Assembly: GCF_000372725.1 (NCBI RefSeq)
Contig: NW_005201269.1
Location: 186,001 to 250,000, forward strand
DNA from: Emiliania huxleyi CCMP1516
Taxonomy: Eukaryota
DNA: 64,000 bases
Direction of reading: 5' to 3'
Position numbers and translations under genes: made by a program. This document shows, one piece after another, positions 49,701-62,497 of this stretch. Each line of letters opens with the position of its first letter. Position 1 is the stretch's first letter. The notes under the pieces are model-generated. The model saw nothing but the letters and a program-made list of their open reading frames with translations. It did not search any database and was not told the DNA's origin.

Positions 49701-50866
49701 CTTCCGAGAGAGCGTCTTGAGAGAGCACATCGTCCGACAGCGGCTCCTCGGCCGCCGGTGCCTGCCCGGCCGCCAGAACCTCCCCCCCCTCCTCCTCCTC
49801 CTCCTCCGCCGCCGCCACCGCCTCCGCCGCCGGCGCCGCGCCGCGCCGCTTCTTGGTGCAGCCCTCTGCCTCGAGTGCAGGCGCGGGCGGCGCGGGCGCT
49901 GCGAGAGCACAGGCGCGGGCTGCATCCTCCTCCGCTTCGGTGGCGATGGTGGAGGAGGGGTCGCGGCACCACCTGTCGAGCGCGTGCAGCACTTCGCCCT
50001 TGGTCTTCGGCGCGGCGCGGCCTAGGGGCAAGTAAGGTAAGGTAAACTTCTCCGCACACACCAGGCGGGGCAAGCGGGGGCAACACTCGCGACTCCACGT
50101 CTAGAAGACAGGAGCTGGCACGGCAATTCAAGGTGCAAGGCCAGGTGCGCGTGGGTGAGCGGTGTGAGTGTGTGGCCTAGGGGCACGCGCGAGGGAAGGG
50201 CTACGGGCCGGTATCGTTGAGGACGTCGCAGAGCGTCGCGGTCGAGCTGAAGCCGATGTGGCATGCGAGCTGCTGCAGGTTGAGGCCCCGCTCGCGGAGC
50301 GCGTCGCGCACGCGCTCGTTGAGCTCGGCGAGCCGCTCCTCCTCACTCGCCGCCTCCTCCCCCTCTCCCCCCTCCTCCTCCTCCTCGGCCTGCCGTGCGC
50401 CGCCTCCGCCCTTGCGCGGGCCCGCGCGCCGGCGCTTGCCGCAGACGCCGCCGGGGCATGCGCCCGTGCGGACCGGGCCAGCGGACTGCGCCCCGAGCCG
50501 CTGGTCGCCATCCGCGACGAGCGAGCCGCCGGTCCGCTCGCTGCCCTCCTCTTGACGGTGCTCGAGGAGCAGCGAGGGCGGCGGCGACGGCTGCGCCTCG
50601 CCCGGCTTGTGTGCGACTCCCCGAGCCCACGCCCGGACGGCCTCCGCGCCGACGAGAGCGGCGTTGGCGGGTAGGACGGGGAACGGCACTGCCACAGGCT
50701 GGCTCACCTCGTAAGAGGGCATCGCCATCGGCCGGGAGACAATCGTGCCGATGGTGTCGGGTGCGGGTGGCGGGCTCCATGCAGGGCCGGAGCCCAAAAT
50801 GGGATGGAGAGGCTGCAGCAGCTCGGGCGATCGGCCTGACGCGCGGCGAGACTGCCGTTTGCTCAT
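46800..50866 (-). CDS. Multi-exon transcription-factor-like protein with an N-terminal HTH-like region and three AP2 domains
   Basis: Three LxLH...TGYKGV...F.A......(L/I)G.(Y/F).T...AA.A(Y/F)AR motifs separated by Ala/Glu-rich linkers. The exon structure of the C-terminus is uncertain. Confidence 0.75.
50031..50173 (-). mobile_element. SINE-like element copy C, intronic, with a 12-bp TSD
   Basis: GGCCTAGGGGCA at 50019-50030 and 50174-50185; (CTTAC)n tail on the minus strand. Confidence 0.75.
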
Positions 50867-51856
50867 AGACGAGTGTCGGCGCGCGGCCAACCGTGGCGGA
50901 GTAGTTGCAGCCTCCAGTATGTGATGGGAGGAACCGCGATGTGCTGGACCATGTGTGTGGGCTAGATCTAACCTCGGAATGTACGTGGAATGTAAGCGCA
51001 CTATGGCTGTGCTGTCTCCTACACAGCCATCTTACCTAAGGATGGCTGAGCTAGCTACAGTGCAGCCACATCCTTCAGGCCGATGAGGGCGATCCCTCGG
51101 GCCGAGGGCGAACCCTCGGCCCCGTCAAGCGGCATCCCCCCCCCCCCCCCTCGGCCGGCGGAAGCCCACCGGCCGAGCGGCGGACGTGGCCCTCGAGGGC
51201 GATCCCTCCGAGGGCCGAGGGCGAATCCCTCCGTCACACGGCTGACGTACGATACGATGACCCGGCGATCCGGTGAGTACTGAGGGCGATCCCTCCAGGA
51301 CCGGGCCGGACGCCGGGAGTGCCCCGACTAACAGTGACGGGCGCGGACGAGCGAATGAGAGGTCGATATCTGTGGGAGACGTGTTGTTAGAGACTCGGAC
51401 TGCCTACCTCTCAGTAAAAGAGACCTCTCATTCGCTCGTCCGCACCCGTCACCGCTCACGGAGTGCTCCGCGTGCCACACCGGCCGCCGCCGGCCACCGC
51501 CGCTCACTGTGGTAACGGAACAGTGTTACTACTCCGCAACGTTGAGCTGGATCAAACTGAATAGTGCTCCTGAAACTCTCGTAAAAAAGGCCAAGTCGGG
51601 CCTGCTCTATTTGAAGAAAAGCCGAGCCAGAAGAAAGGAACGCCACGCGGAGCATTCGCCAGTCGGAGGCGGCGTCTGTCTGAGTCGCGCCCCAAATTTG
51701 GTAGAGCAGTTGGTTCCAACCGGGGGCGCGCGAGATTCTCGAAAAAAAATCCCCAAGGAAGGCTAAGCCCTGGCATCGGCTGGTCGCTCGCACGAGCGCC
51801 CGAGGCGCTGTGGCCCTGTGGCCCCGACCGAAAGGCGTCTTTTTTGATCGAGAGCA

Positions 51857-52169
<313 letters not shown>

Positions 52170-52504
52170 AAGCCCAAATCACCGTCTGTGACCCCCGGAG
52201 AGCTGCAATCAGCAACCCCCTCGCACTCAGGAATGCACTCCCCTCCCTCCTCGCCTCCTCCCCTCGCCCCGCGCGATGCGGCGCGTGTGTGAGAGCGTGC
52301 CCAGCCGATTCGCCCAATCTCCCAAGCGCTGCAGCGCGCTCGTGCCGGGATGCCCGTCGTGCTGCGACCGCCGCGCGAGCGGCTCCGAGGATCGAGCGCC
52401 ACGAATCTGGCGCAGCCGGATTGCGGGCAGCGCGACCACCCAGCGCGCAGCCGCGAATCGCCTCACCGTGACGCCTGCCCCCCACCTTTCCACTTCCGCA
52501 GACA

Positions 52505-53445
52505 ATGAAGCTCATCCTCGCAATCTTTGGCGCGCTACTCCCTCCCACGAGCGCGTCGGCGCAGACTACCTTTGCCGACAAGCCCGACCTACAGAACGCG
52601 ACCGACCTGTGGTGCAGCAACGAGACGGCCGCCCTGGCGACGTACGGCAACATTACAGACATGAAGTGTCTGTTCAGCGCTTCGTTGTGGTGCGTGAGTA
52701 ACGGCGGCGGCTCCACGACCGGCAAGCGCACGTGCAACCCCGACATTGGGTCGTGGGTCACGTCGGCGGTCACCACCATGGTCGCCATGTTTGAATACGC
52801 CACCTCCTTCGACAAGGACATCTCCTCGTGGAACACGTCTGCGGTCCTCGAAATGGCCTACACGTTCCGCGGCGCCTCCTCCTTCGATAAGGACATCGGC
52901 TCGTGGGACACGTCTGCGGTCCTCGACATGCAATGGATGTTCGCCAATGCCTCCTCCTTCGACAAGGACCTGAGCTCGTGGAACGTGTCGGCGGCCACCG
53001 ACATGGCCCTCATGTTCGACGACGCCTCCTCCCTCAGCGACTGCAACAAGGCGCTCATCCAGGCCAGCTTCGCCGCACAGACGAGCGCGTGGGAATACTC
53101 GTGGGGCTCGCTTGCGTGCCCGCCGCCGCCCTCGCCGCCGGTCTCGCCGCCCTCCGCCTCGCCCTCTCCGCCGCCTCCCTCCGCCTCGCCCTCTCCGCCG
53201 CCGCCCTCCGCCTCGCCGTCGCCGCCGCCTCACTCGGACCCGCCGTGCTTCCCGAGCTCTGCGACGGTCCAGCGCGCCGACGGCGAGACCGCCCTCCTCT
53301 CCTCCCTCTCCGCCGGCGACGCGATCCTCGCTGCGGCGGCGGACGGCACCCTCACTTTCGATGGCGTGAGAGCGTTATTTCGCTTACTTCTACTAGGCAC
53401 CCTCGGCTTCGACGTCGTCTCCTCCTTCTCGCTGGCCGACCTGCA
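52505..53445 (+). pseudogene. Secreted DUF285/BspA-like repeat protein with a Pro-rich linker and a truncated Hint domain
   Basis: Signal peptide; repeats of DI.SW.TS.V..M..MF..ASSF; PPCFPSSATV..DG....L..L..GD.IL (Hint N-terminus). Similarity stops after SSFSLAD. Confidence 0.65.
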
Positions 53446-54915
53446 TACCACTCAGGTAATCGGCCACCAAGTCCGCGTTGCCGCCCCACGGGCCGCCCAT
53501 CGTCCAGTCGCAGCACTTTATCGGCGCTGCTGCCAGTCGCATTTCGGCGGCCTGCTTAGCTGTGGTGGCTCTGGCTGCTGGGTCGACGTAGCCCGCCAGC
53601 AGCGTGTGGCGCGCAAGCTGTCCGAGCACCAGAGAGTCCTCTGGGCTTTGGAAGGCGGCCGCCGCGGCTCGTGCGTACCCGCCAACTGAGCTCGGTGTCA
53701 GAGCCACCCGCTCGGACTCATCTGAGCTGCACAAACGGGCCAACAACACGTTTCGCCTTTGCAGCCGCAGCTCTTCTCCTAGGCCAGCATCGCTCGCGCG
53801 TACAGCACAGACATTCGTGCGTGGTTGCCGTCCTCATGCTCCTGCTCAGCCACGTTAGTGAGCGCATTGCGGACACACCTGCGCCGGTTCGCAGCCGCTG
53901 CATCCTGGAGCACCGGGCCCTGGAGCCACACCCGTATAAACCTCGGTTCGACCTCGCGGTGCGAACACGTAGCGTGCAGAAGCATGTGCAATCACAGCTT
54001 GTCCCGCATGTCGTCGCACCATCCCATCTCCGTGTACACCGTCGTCCACAATTGAACCGCGTTGCGAAGGCGCTGACAAGTCAGCTCCTCCCTACGAGAC
54101 ATCGGCCTCGGCCCGAGAATCACCGTCACGGCGCTTCGACGTCTCGCCCTTCTCCGACGACTCGTCGTGGACGACGCGGCCGTGCCTCGACCGGCTACAC
54201 CCACAGCTCCATCCTCGTCACCTCGCTCGCCACGCTCCCTCTCCACCAACGGCCTCAATGTGGTGCTCAGATTCGAATGCAACTGGTCACGCTCGACCGG
54301 CTCGCTGATCACCGTCAGGACGGCGACCGAGTGCGGCGCCTCGCCGACCGCGTCGCTCCCGCCGGCGCCGTCCGTGTCTCCCAACGGAGGCATCGCGTTT
54401 CGAACCACAACGGACTGCGCGCTCCGCATTTCGAACCACCAAAACTCGCCGACCCAGGTCCAGGTCCAGGTCCAGGTCCAACAAGTTTGCGCCCGGCCCT
54501 CTAGCGCCGCGCGCTGGCCCCGGCTGCGTCCCCGCGCGGCCTGCCCGACGGCGTGGCGCCCGCCCTCCACCCACCTCCCCGCGCGGGGCCGCTCCGGGGC
54601 GACCCGGGCGCCCTCCGACCAAACTGCTCTGTTACTATCATATAACAATAGTGCGCAAATGGTCAAATCAAGGTTTTGTAACGCGAGCTGTGCCACAGTG
54701 AAATGGAACTAGCCTCCGCGTGAGTCTCGTAGGGGCCTTTCTCGTCCGGCAACGGACTTTATTTGGAGACTTGGGGGCCGCGGAGCCGCGGCTAGCGTTC
54801 GCATGGGCTCGCTCTCCCTGATCGCCCGCCTGACACCGCGACTCGGCACTCGCGCGCCCTGACCGCTGTGGCCCATATGAACTTCTAATTGTCACACACC
54901 ACACAGCACTCACAA

Positions 54916-57900
54916 CTAGACCACCCCGCTCGACCTCCCGCCATCAGTGCGTCGGAATGTCAGGAACGCCAACTCTGGCGCATCGGGGCGGCCTTCACGG
55001 ACGTGGCGTGCCCAGCGGTGGTAGGCGAGCGAGAAGGCAGAGACAGCCGCCACGGCGTTGATCGCGACGAGCAGCGCGAGGACGCCGCCGAGGAGCGCGG
55101 GCTGGAGTCCGCCGGGGAGGCACGTGTCCACCGTGAGGTGATCCGAGGAGAGCGGCTGCCGTTCCGCCCAAGCAATCACGACGAGGAGGATGGCCACGAA
55201 GCTGGACGGGACGGCCGGGACGATCACGTACGGCGTGAGGAGGGCCATGGCGGACTCGCGCTCGCGAGGGGAGAAGACCGCGGCGAGCGAGTCATGCGGC
55301 ACGGCGCGTAGTCGCCACGTGCAGAGCGCAGCCGGCAGCCAGATGGTGCAGGCGGCCACGACGACGAGGAGGGCGTCCAGAGCTGCGAGGAGCGCCTGAT
55401 GTGAGGCGAGGTGCGCTTGTCCACACGCTCTAGTGTGGGGCAAGGGGCCGCCTCTCCCTCGCATCTCTCGCGCCTCGGGCACGCGGCTCCAGCCATGCGC
55501 CCGCGACCCGACGGCGTTGATGATGAGCTCGGTGAAGAGGTCGACAAAGTAGAGGGAGAAGACCGCGGCGAAGAAGAGGAGCGCCGCCGTCTAAAGGAGG
55601 GCAAGGGGGGCAGGGCAAGTAAACTTCTCCACCAGGGCGCCAGGCCATCCCTCGCGACTCTCTCCAAGCGTCCCAAGACAGGAGCCCCACGGCCTTCAAC
55701 GCGCAGCGAGGGTCCCAATGCGCGTGGGTGAGCTCGCACCTGGGCGAGCGCGCTCATCTCGGGCACCGGCGACGCGTCGGCGAGGCTGACGCTTGCAGAC
55801 GCGCGGCTCGCTGGAACCTGCAGCTTGCCCAGCGGGGTGCTCAGTAGGTGCGAGTCGCCAGAGCGCACCCGCCAGCCGAAGCGATCGAGCTCCACCAAGG
55901 ACACGGAGGCGGCGCAGCTGGCAGTGGCGGGCGGCGGCATACGGTGTCCGGCCTGATTGAGCCACTCCTCGAGCAGCACCCCCTCTCCACCATTGGTGAA
56001 GGGCCAGTCGCCGCCTGAGCGCGCCTGCCGCGCAGAGACGAAGAGGGAGAGCGCCAGCGCGCGCAGAAACTCGTCGGACGAGACGCGGTCCCACGCGAGG
56101 GCCTCAGACCAGAGCGGCGACCAAACCGCACGCTGTCTGCGCTGGCTGCGGCTCTGTCCCCTGCTGTGGCTCTGGTTGGCCAGACTGCTCTGCAGGCTGC
56201 GCTCACTGGCCCCGGTCCCGACCCTCTCCAGCGAGCGGCCTCCCGCCTGGCTGACCCGACTCCTCTGGACGCTGTCCTCGCTCTGCAGGCCGGAGAGGAA
56301 GGAGGAGGCGGCGCCGGCGGAGAGCCGCGCCATTCGCGCCGCCCTCTCACGGGAGCCGCGCCACAGGGCCTGGATCTGTATGACCGCCGCGAGCTTGCGC
56401 GGCGGCACCTCGTACAGGACCATGAGCACCTCGGCGATGACGAGAGCGTCGCGGCGGTCGTAGGCGGGGATCCACGGCAGATCTCGCAGCAGCTCGAGCA
56501 CGTTGCCCGCGCGCTGGGCCTGCGTCGCCGCAGCGTCTGTGCTGCCGAGCGCCTGTGAGCAGGCTCGGAGAAGGCTTAGGGGCGGGGGTTGCGAAAGGGT
56601 TCAAGGAGAGCACCTGGAGCCGCCCTCCTCCATGCGGCTGTCCGCCTCTCGGGAGGCCTGGAGCAGCGTGCGCAGCACCCGCTGCCCGTTGCGCGCTAGG
56701 GCGAACTGGCGACCGAGGGCGGGCACCAGCTCGGCCAGCGCAGCCGAGCGGGACATGAAGAAGAGCGGCAGCAGGGCGAGCGGACACGCGATCGCCATGA
56801 AGAGGAAGCACACGTTGAAGGTCGAGAGGATGCGCAGCTCCGCGAGCGTCGCGCGCGGCTCGAGGCAGGGGAGCGCAAAGATGCGAGGGCCGAGGCGGGC
56901 CAGGCGCCGCTGCGAGGCCGTCAGCTCGCCCGCAATGAAGACGGGTAGCTGCCGGTGCTCGACGACGGCCGCCTCAAAGGTACACCACATCCGGAACTGA
57001 AACGAAGGCGCCGTGTTCGCCCGGCTGAGAGGGACCCAAATCACGGCGCGGACCGCCCGCACGACGTGCGAGAGGAGCGCGCAAAAGTCCTCGTGGACGT
57101 ACTCGCCGGCGAAGCGGAAGCACCACGCGTCCATCCAGAGCGCCGCTACACCCGCCTCCCTCGCCTTGAGCAGTACAGCCCTGAGGGTGCGCTCGTCCAT
57201 CGTCGTGCCGTCGTCGGGCGTGGCCCGCGCCTGAACCAAGCGGACCCAGCTCACAAAGAGAGGGGCAGTGGGGGAGCGGGTCATGGGAGGCCCGGGCTCA
57301 CAAAGAGAGGGGCAGTGGGGGAGCGGGTCATGGGAGGCCCGGGCTCAAAAAGAGAGGGGCAGTGGGAGCGGGTCATGGGAGGCCCGGGCTCACAAAGAGA
57401 GGGGCAGTGGGAGCGGGTCATGGGAGGCCCGGGCTCAAAAAGAGAGGGGCAGTGGGAGCGGGTCATGGGAGGCCCGGGCTCACAAAGAGAGGGGCAGTGG
57501 GAGCGGGTCATGGGAGGCCCGGGCTCAAAAAGAGAGGGGCAGTGGGAGCGGGTCATGGGAGGCCCGGGCTCAAAAAGAGAGGGGCAGTGGGAGCGGGTCA
57601 TGGGAGGCCCGGCCCGGGCTCCTGCCGGTAGGACACCAGCGCAAAGTCGGCCGTCTCGCTGTCCGCCTCGAAGAGGAACTCGTCCGTCGAGAAGAGCTGC
57701 GAGAGGACGAGGCCGGCGGGCCTCGCCGCGAACGCCTCCTCCAGCCGCGCCAAACTGACAAGCTTGAGGCGCCTAGAAAAGAAGAACCAAATTCGCACAA
57801 AAAGAGAGGAGCCCGGGCTGCTCGACTCTTCGAGGCGCTTGAGTGCGAGCGACTGGCTCGAGATGCTCCTTTGCCTGCCCAGGACCAGGAGCGGCTCGCC

Positions 57901-58713
57901 AACCACCTCCCCAGCCACGCGGAGCGACCGGAAGATGGCCGTCGGTGGCGGCCGGGCCGCTGCGCTCGAGCCGCGCCGCCGCAGCCTTCCACTCCGAGGG
58001 CTCCACCCCTGCTCCGGCGGCGTCCACCCCTGAACCGGCACGTCGACGCAGAGCGACCTCTCGCCCTCCGCCGACGTATCGAGCAGCCACCTGAGCTCGA
58101 TCGGCTGCACCTGAGAGGGCCCGAACCATGGCCCGGCCACAAGCCGACCATCGAGCAGCTGCGCGTCTTTCACGCGCACGTCGAGGAGGCCGGCGAGGCA
58201 CTCGCACCGCACGTCCGCCGCACGCGTCAGATTCGGCACGCGCAGCTCGAAGCGCAGCGCAGATCCGCGCAGTGACCAGCGGCCCCACCCAGCCTCACCT
58301 GCAGTAAGCGGCGGCGATGGCGCGCCAGCGCCGTCGAGCTGCTCATGCTCGGCCGACGGCGGAGGAGGAGACGGCGAGGGTGGACCGAAAGGCGAAGCGT
58401 TCTGCTGGGAGGCCCGGGAGCGCCCTCCTAGGCGAGGTGCCACGCGCCGCGAAGAAGTCGCCATGCACAAGCCCAGTATTCCTGCCAGCCAGAGAGTCGT
58501 GGCGGATGCCCAACCACCGATCGCGAGGAAGAAGGCGGGCGAGCAGAACGGAAGGAGGTCCAGGGAGAGCAGCGCGCCAGGAGGCGCCACCGCCAGCAGC
58601 GCGAATACCGGCGAGCCAGTCCAGTAGAGTGCGAGGCTGCGTGTTCTCCGCGTAAAGGGACGAGACGACAGCATTATCGGGACACTGGACGGCGTGCCAT
58701 GTGGAGCCGACAT
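54916..58713 (-). CDS. Multi-exon membrane protein with CS-like, HET (TIR-like) and IQ domains
   Basis: TM segments; WSLRGSALRFELRVP...LLDGRL (CS-like); FALVSYRQ, ALWMDAWC, FQFRMWCTFE (HET-like); VIQIQALWRGSRER (IQ); C-terminal TM helices. Confidence 0.6.
55591..55739 (-). mobile_element. SINE-like element copy D, forming a whole GT-AG intron
   Basis: Homologous core to copies A-C. Removing it joins ALAQ to TAALLFFAAVFSLYF in frame. Confidence 0.65.
57249..57612. repeat. Intronic minisatellite, 8 x 45-47 bp
   Basis: Unit gctca(c/a)aaagagaggggcagtgggagcgggtcatgggaggcccgg repeated head to tail. Confidence 0.92.
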
Positions 58714-58762
58714 TTCGACCGCATTTTTTCGAGACCTCGCTAGGGCCAAAACCCGATGGCGG

Positions 58763-58808
<46 letters not shown>

Positions 58809-59099
58809 AGAGCTAGATGTAGTCCTGCACGAGGCGAGTGCGCCGACAAGACTACGAGTGGGGGAGATCCGATTGCGGTGGGGACATCTCTATGGGTCGA
58901 CATCTGGAGACAATGGGGACTTCAAAGTGCTCCCGGTGTCATTCAAGCCGGACCAGGTGGCGGAGGAGGCGGGAAGGGAGGTGGAGAGTGAGGAGGAGGA
59001 GCCCGATGGGGAAAGCAGGGTGGTCTCTGGGTCGGGAGGGTCGAGCATGATTGACCACGTGTTCGTGAACGACCGCCGCTGTGCAACGCGGTGGGTGCT

Positions 59100-59101
<2 letters not shown>

Positions 59102-59193
<92 letters not shown>

Positions 59194-59228
59194 CTCTCGC
59201 TCTCTCGCTCTCTCTTCTCTCTCTCTTT
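59102..59228. repeat. (CT)n microsatellite
   Basis: Seen directly in the sequence. Confidence 0.95.
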
Positions 59229-59746
59229 TTCTGTCTATCTGTCCCTCTATCGACTTCTACTCACTTCAACTCACTTCGCTAACACACGTCGTGTGGCACC
59301 CAGCCCCTTTATGTCGCGTTGGCGTGCGCCAGAGGCAGTTCTTCCCGGGACCAAGCATCGATCGAGGAGCGTGACGAGGTGGTCGCGGCGCTCGTGGCGG
59401 AGTTCAAGGCGGGGGAGCGGAAGAGATTGCGCTGCTGGGACGCTGGGCGCGGTTCTGTTTGCGGTGTCCCATTCCCAGGGTGGGAGGATTGGGTGAGGGA
59501 GGGGCGGCTGCTCCTCTGGGAGGAGGACCTGGAGGAGTTGCGGAGCGGTGCTGGCGGGGGAGGGGGCGGGAAGTCCCGCCACGAACGCCGGCGGGGGGCG
59601 CGGCGGGAGCGACGGGGGGGGGGGGGGGGGCTCTCGGCGAGCACCAACCCCGGGGCTCGGGGATTCAACCATCCCCCTTCTGACTGCGAATGCGACAACG
59701 GTTCGGGGGTTTTCTCCTTTCCTTTTGGCCCCCGGCGCCATGTAAA

Positions 59747-60321
59747 ATGGCATCCTCGGTTGTGAGCGGGCGGCAGCTGGGGAAGTGGGAGAAGGAGCGG
59801 GAGGATGCGAACCGCACCGAGATCCCGATGCCCAAAGCCGCACGCGACTCGTTCAACTCGATGCAGCCCAACTTCAACGCGCTCGCAAAGTTTGAGAAGA
59901 AGCTCGACCGCTTCACGCAGCGGATGGAGGACAAGGACAGCGGGGTCAAGACGGAGGCGATCGTCAACGTGATGAGCTCGACGGCCGGCGCCGGCTCGGG
60001 CGACTTCCACACCTACCGCGGCTTCCGCAAGAAGGAGAATGCGCGCTTGAAGCTCGCCCACCTACTGCCCCTGAGAGTTGGTTACAAGTGGGATCAGCTC
60101 CCCCCCTTGGGATCTTCGCCTCCACGACCTCACACCCAACATCCTCTGCGCCTCCGGTCCTCGGCAGCGGTGGCGCCGCCCCGCCCGCCCCGCCGCCCGC
60201 AACGTCCAAGCAGGGCGAGTCCGCCATGCCACCGCCCGCGAGGCCCGCGAGCAAGGCCGGCCAGGTGGGCGCTAAGGCGCCGCCGCCTGCTGCCGCCGCC
60301 CCGCCGCCCACCGCGTGGTGA
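59747..60321 (+). CDS. PRKRIP1/DUF1168-like spliceosomal protein; 3' part uncertain or truncated
   Basis: NVMSSTAGAGSGDFHTYRGFRKKENARLK matches the DUF1168 signature. Coding quality drops after ~60052. Confidence 0.65.
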
Positions 60322-62497
60322 GTGTGGGCAGCATCGCGACGCACCCAAAAGGCGCCGATTAGCGTGAGCGACCTTTCGCAACGCGCGGGTGGTGATGGCC
60401 GGGGAGCGAAGGGGAGCTCGTGTAGCAGAGCAGCCCCGCAGCCGCGTCTGATGGCGGTGTGTGCATGTTGGAATCCGTGGAGGCGTGTGCGGCCAAATAC
60501 GTCCGGCGCAGAGCGCGAGAGCCGCTTGCTCGTTGCTGTCTGGCTTGCATGTTCTCTTTAGCGTCCTTTACCGTTTGGTTTTCGGTTGTGTGTTTTGAAA
60601 GCGGCGGCAGGAGCGAGCGCGAGGCGCAGGCGGGGGGTCCGCGAGACGAGGTAAGTGTAAAGTGTGTAGTGTGAGAGTCGTGTGCGTCGTTGAGTAGTTG
60701 AGTGTCGACAGTCGAGGGATACCGTAGAGCGACGTGCGGAGCACAGACATCGGGTCGTCCGCGACCGTGGTGAGGCGGTCGTAGGTCGACGTCTTGCCCG
60801 GGCTGGAGAACCCGGTCGGCGTGAACTTGATCCGTCTCAACCACCGAGAGGGAAAAGAAAAAAAGTTTTGGGCGCGAGCAGACGCAGCGCGCCAATTCGG
60901 TAAACAAGCAAGCGGCGGACAGCCTGTTGATGGGGGTGCCTGTGTCGCCAATCCACCGGACCGTGCGCCGACGATCGGTTGCGCGGCGTGCAAAGAAAGC
61001 CGAGAGCGAGACATTTTTCGTGTGTTCACGCGGCAATTCGGATCTGTGCGCGCAGGTTGTTGTAGTCGATGATAATACGATCTCGAGTCTGTCTCAAGGT
61101 GAGGCTCTATCCAGTCTTTTGGCACCTGCACCTCCATCCACTACAACACCGCACGAGAGAGCGCAGGGAGCGCACGCAGCCAGTGCCACGCGCGACCACA
61201 CGCACGCACGCACGCACGCACGCACACGCACGCACACCGGGCACGTCACCGCACCACTGCGGTCCCACCCGGCTCACGCACAGCTGTACGTTGCAACCAC
61301 CGCTGTTGTCGCCCTCCCATTGAATTCCTCTTCGTCAGGCACGCACCCCCTAGACGTTTCACCTAGAGCAAGCGGGGCGGCACGCCCCTTGGTCCACCCG
61401 CCAGCCGGGTGGGGCTTGCACGCCTGTGATAGTACTAGCACGCGCCAGTTCGCACCTGTGTCGAGCCTGTCTGCTGTGCGAGACTTGTTTTGTTTAAATT
61501 CTCTTCTTTGCTGTGTTCAGTCCGAGCGAAAGTTTTTTTTTGCTCTTGCAGGAATAAGAGTGGATCGCGCATGCTTTTCCGAAACGTTTTCACTCTCCAT
61601 TATACGCGCCGACTTCTCTCTATAACTATATCTCGCGCGGCTGCTCTCGTCGCCACTTCGGGGGCCATCCTAAGGATATTTCTTTCATTTCTTTCCTCTT
61701 TATTTCGTGCCCCGCCACGGCAAATTTGCGAGAATTTCTTCGCAGCGTCACTCCATGCTCAAGTTTCGCCCCTTTCCGTGTAAGGAAACAAGGTGTCCCC
61801 CATGTTGGACCAGGCACCGTGCGGGCCTGCCGTGCCTTGCTTGAGCCGGCAGGCCCGCGCGGCAGTGATGGTGCGCCTCCGCGGAGAGGCTGACGCTGGT
61901 CATCGGTCAGCGGTCAGCGGTCATCGGTCACCGGTCAAGCAGGTCATCGGGCGTCAGTGTCATTCAGGCGTCAGTGTCATTCGCGTCAACACAGGTATGG
62001 TAAATTTCCGGAAATTTCTCCTTCCGAACAAGGCTGTCATATTTCTCAAAATATTTCGGGAAATCTACATTTGCCCCAACCCCCAACCCTCAGCCCCGGC
62101 CCACACCGAAGCGAGCGATGGCCCCGCGCCCACCCACAGACACTGCATGCGTACGCACACACACCAAGAGTAAATCTCTCTCTCACACACCTCGCCAGAG
62201 CGGGACGATCGCGCCCGATCGCGCCCCGACGCTCGCTACCGCGGCAAGCGCCGGCCGGCCCCGGCAAGCGCCGCGGCCCCGGCCCAGCGGCGACTGGCGG
62301 CGGCCGCGCTCAAGCGGCCTGCGCGTTGCGCCGCGAGGAGCGAGTCCGTTTCGAGATTGGCGTCGGCTCGGGGAGCTTGCTCTTGGCGCCGGCCGGCTCC
62401 GGCTCCGGCGCGGTGGGTGTTGAATTCTTTATGCGCCCAAGTTGTGTTCGGCGCTAGCAGGCTGGCTAGTATCGCCGCTCCTGAGCCTTCTATCCCC

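Noticed and set aside
57249..57612. Regular 45-bp repeats resembling a CRISPR array
   Set aside because: Head-to-tail units with no unique spacers, no cas genes, and located in a eukaryotic intron: a minisatellite.
58840..59560. Coding-like fragments between microsatellites (also 60700-61140)
   Set aside because: Could not be assembled into a gene or assigned to a family.
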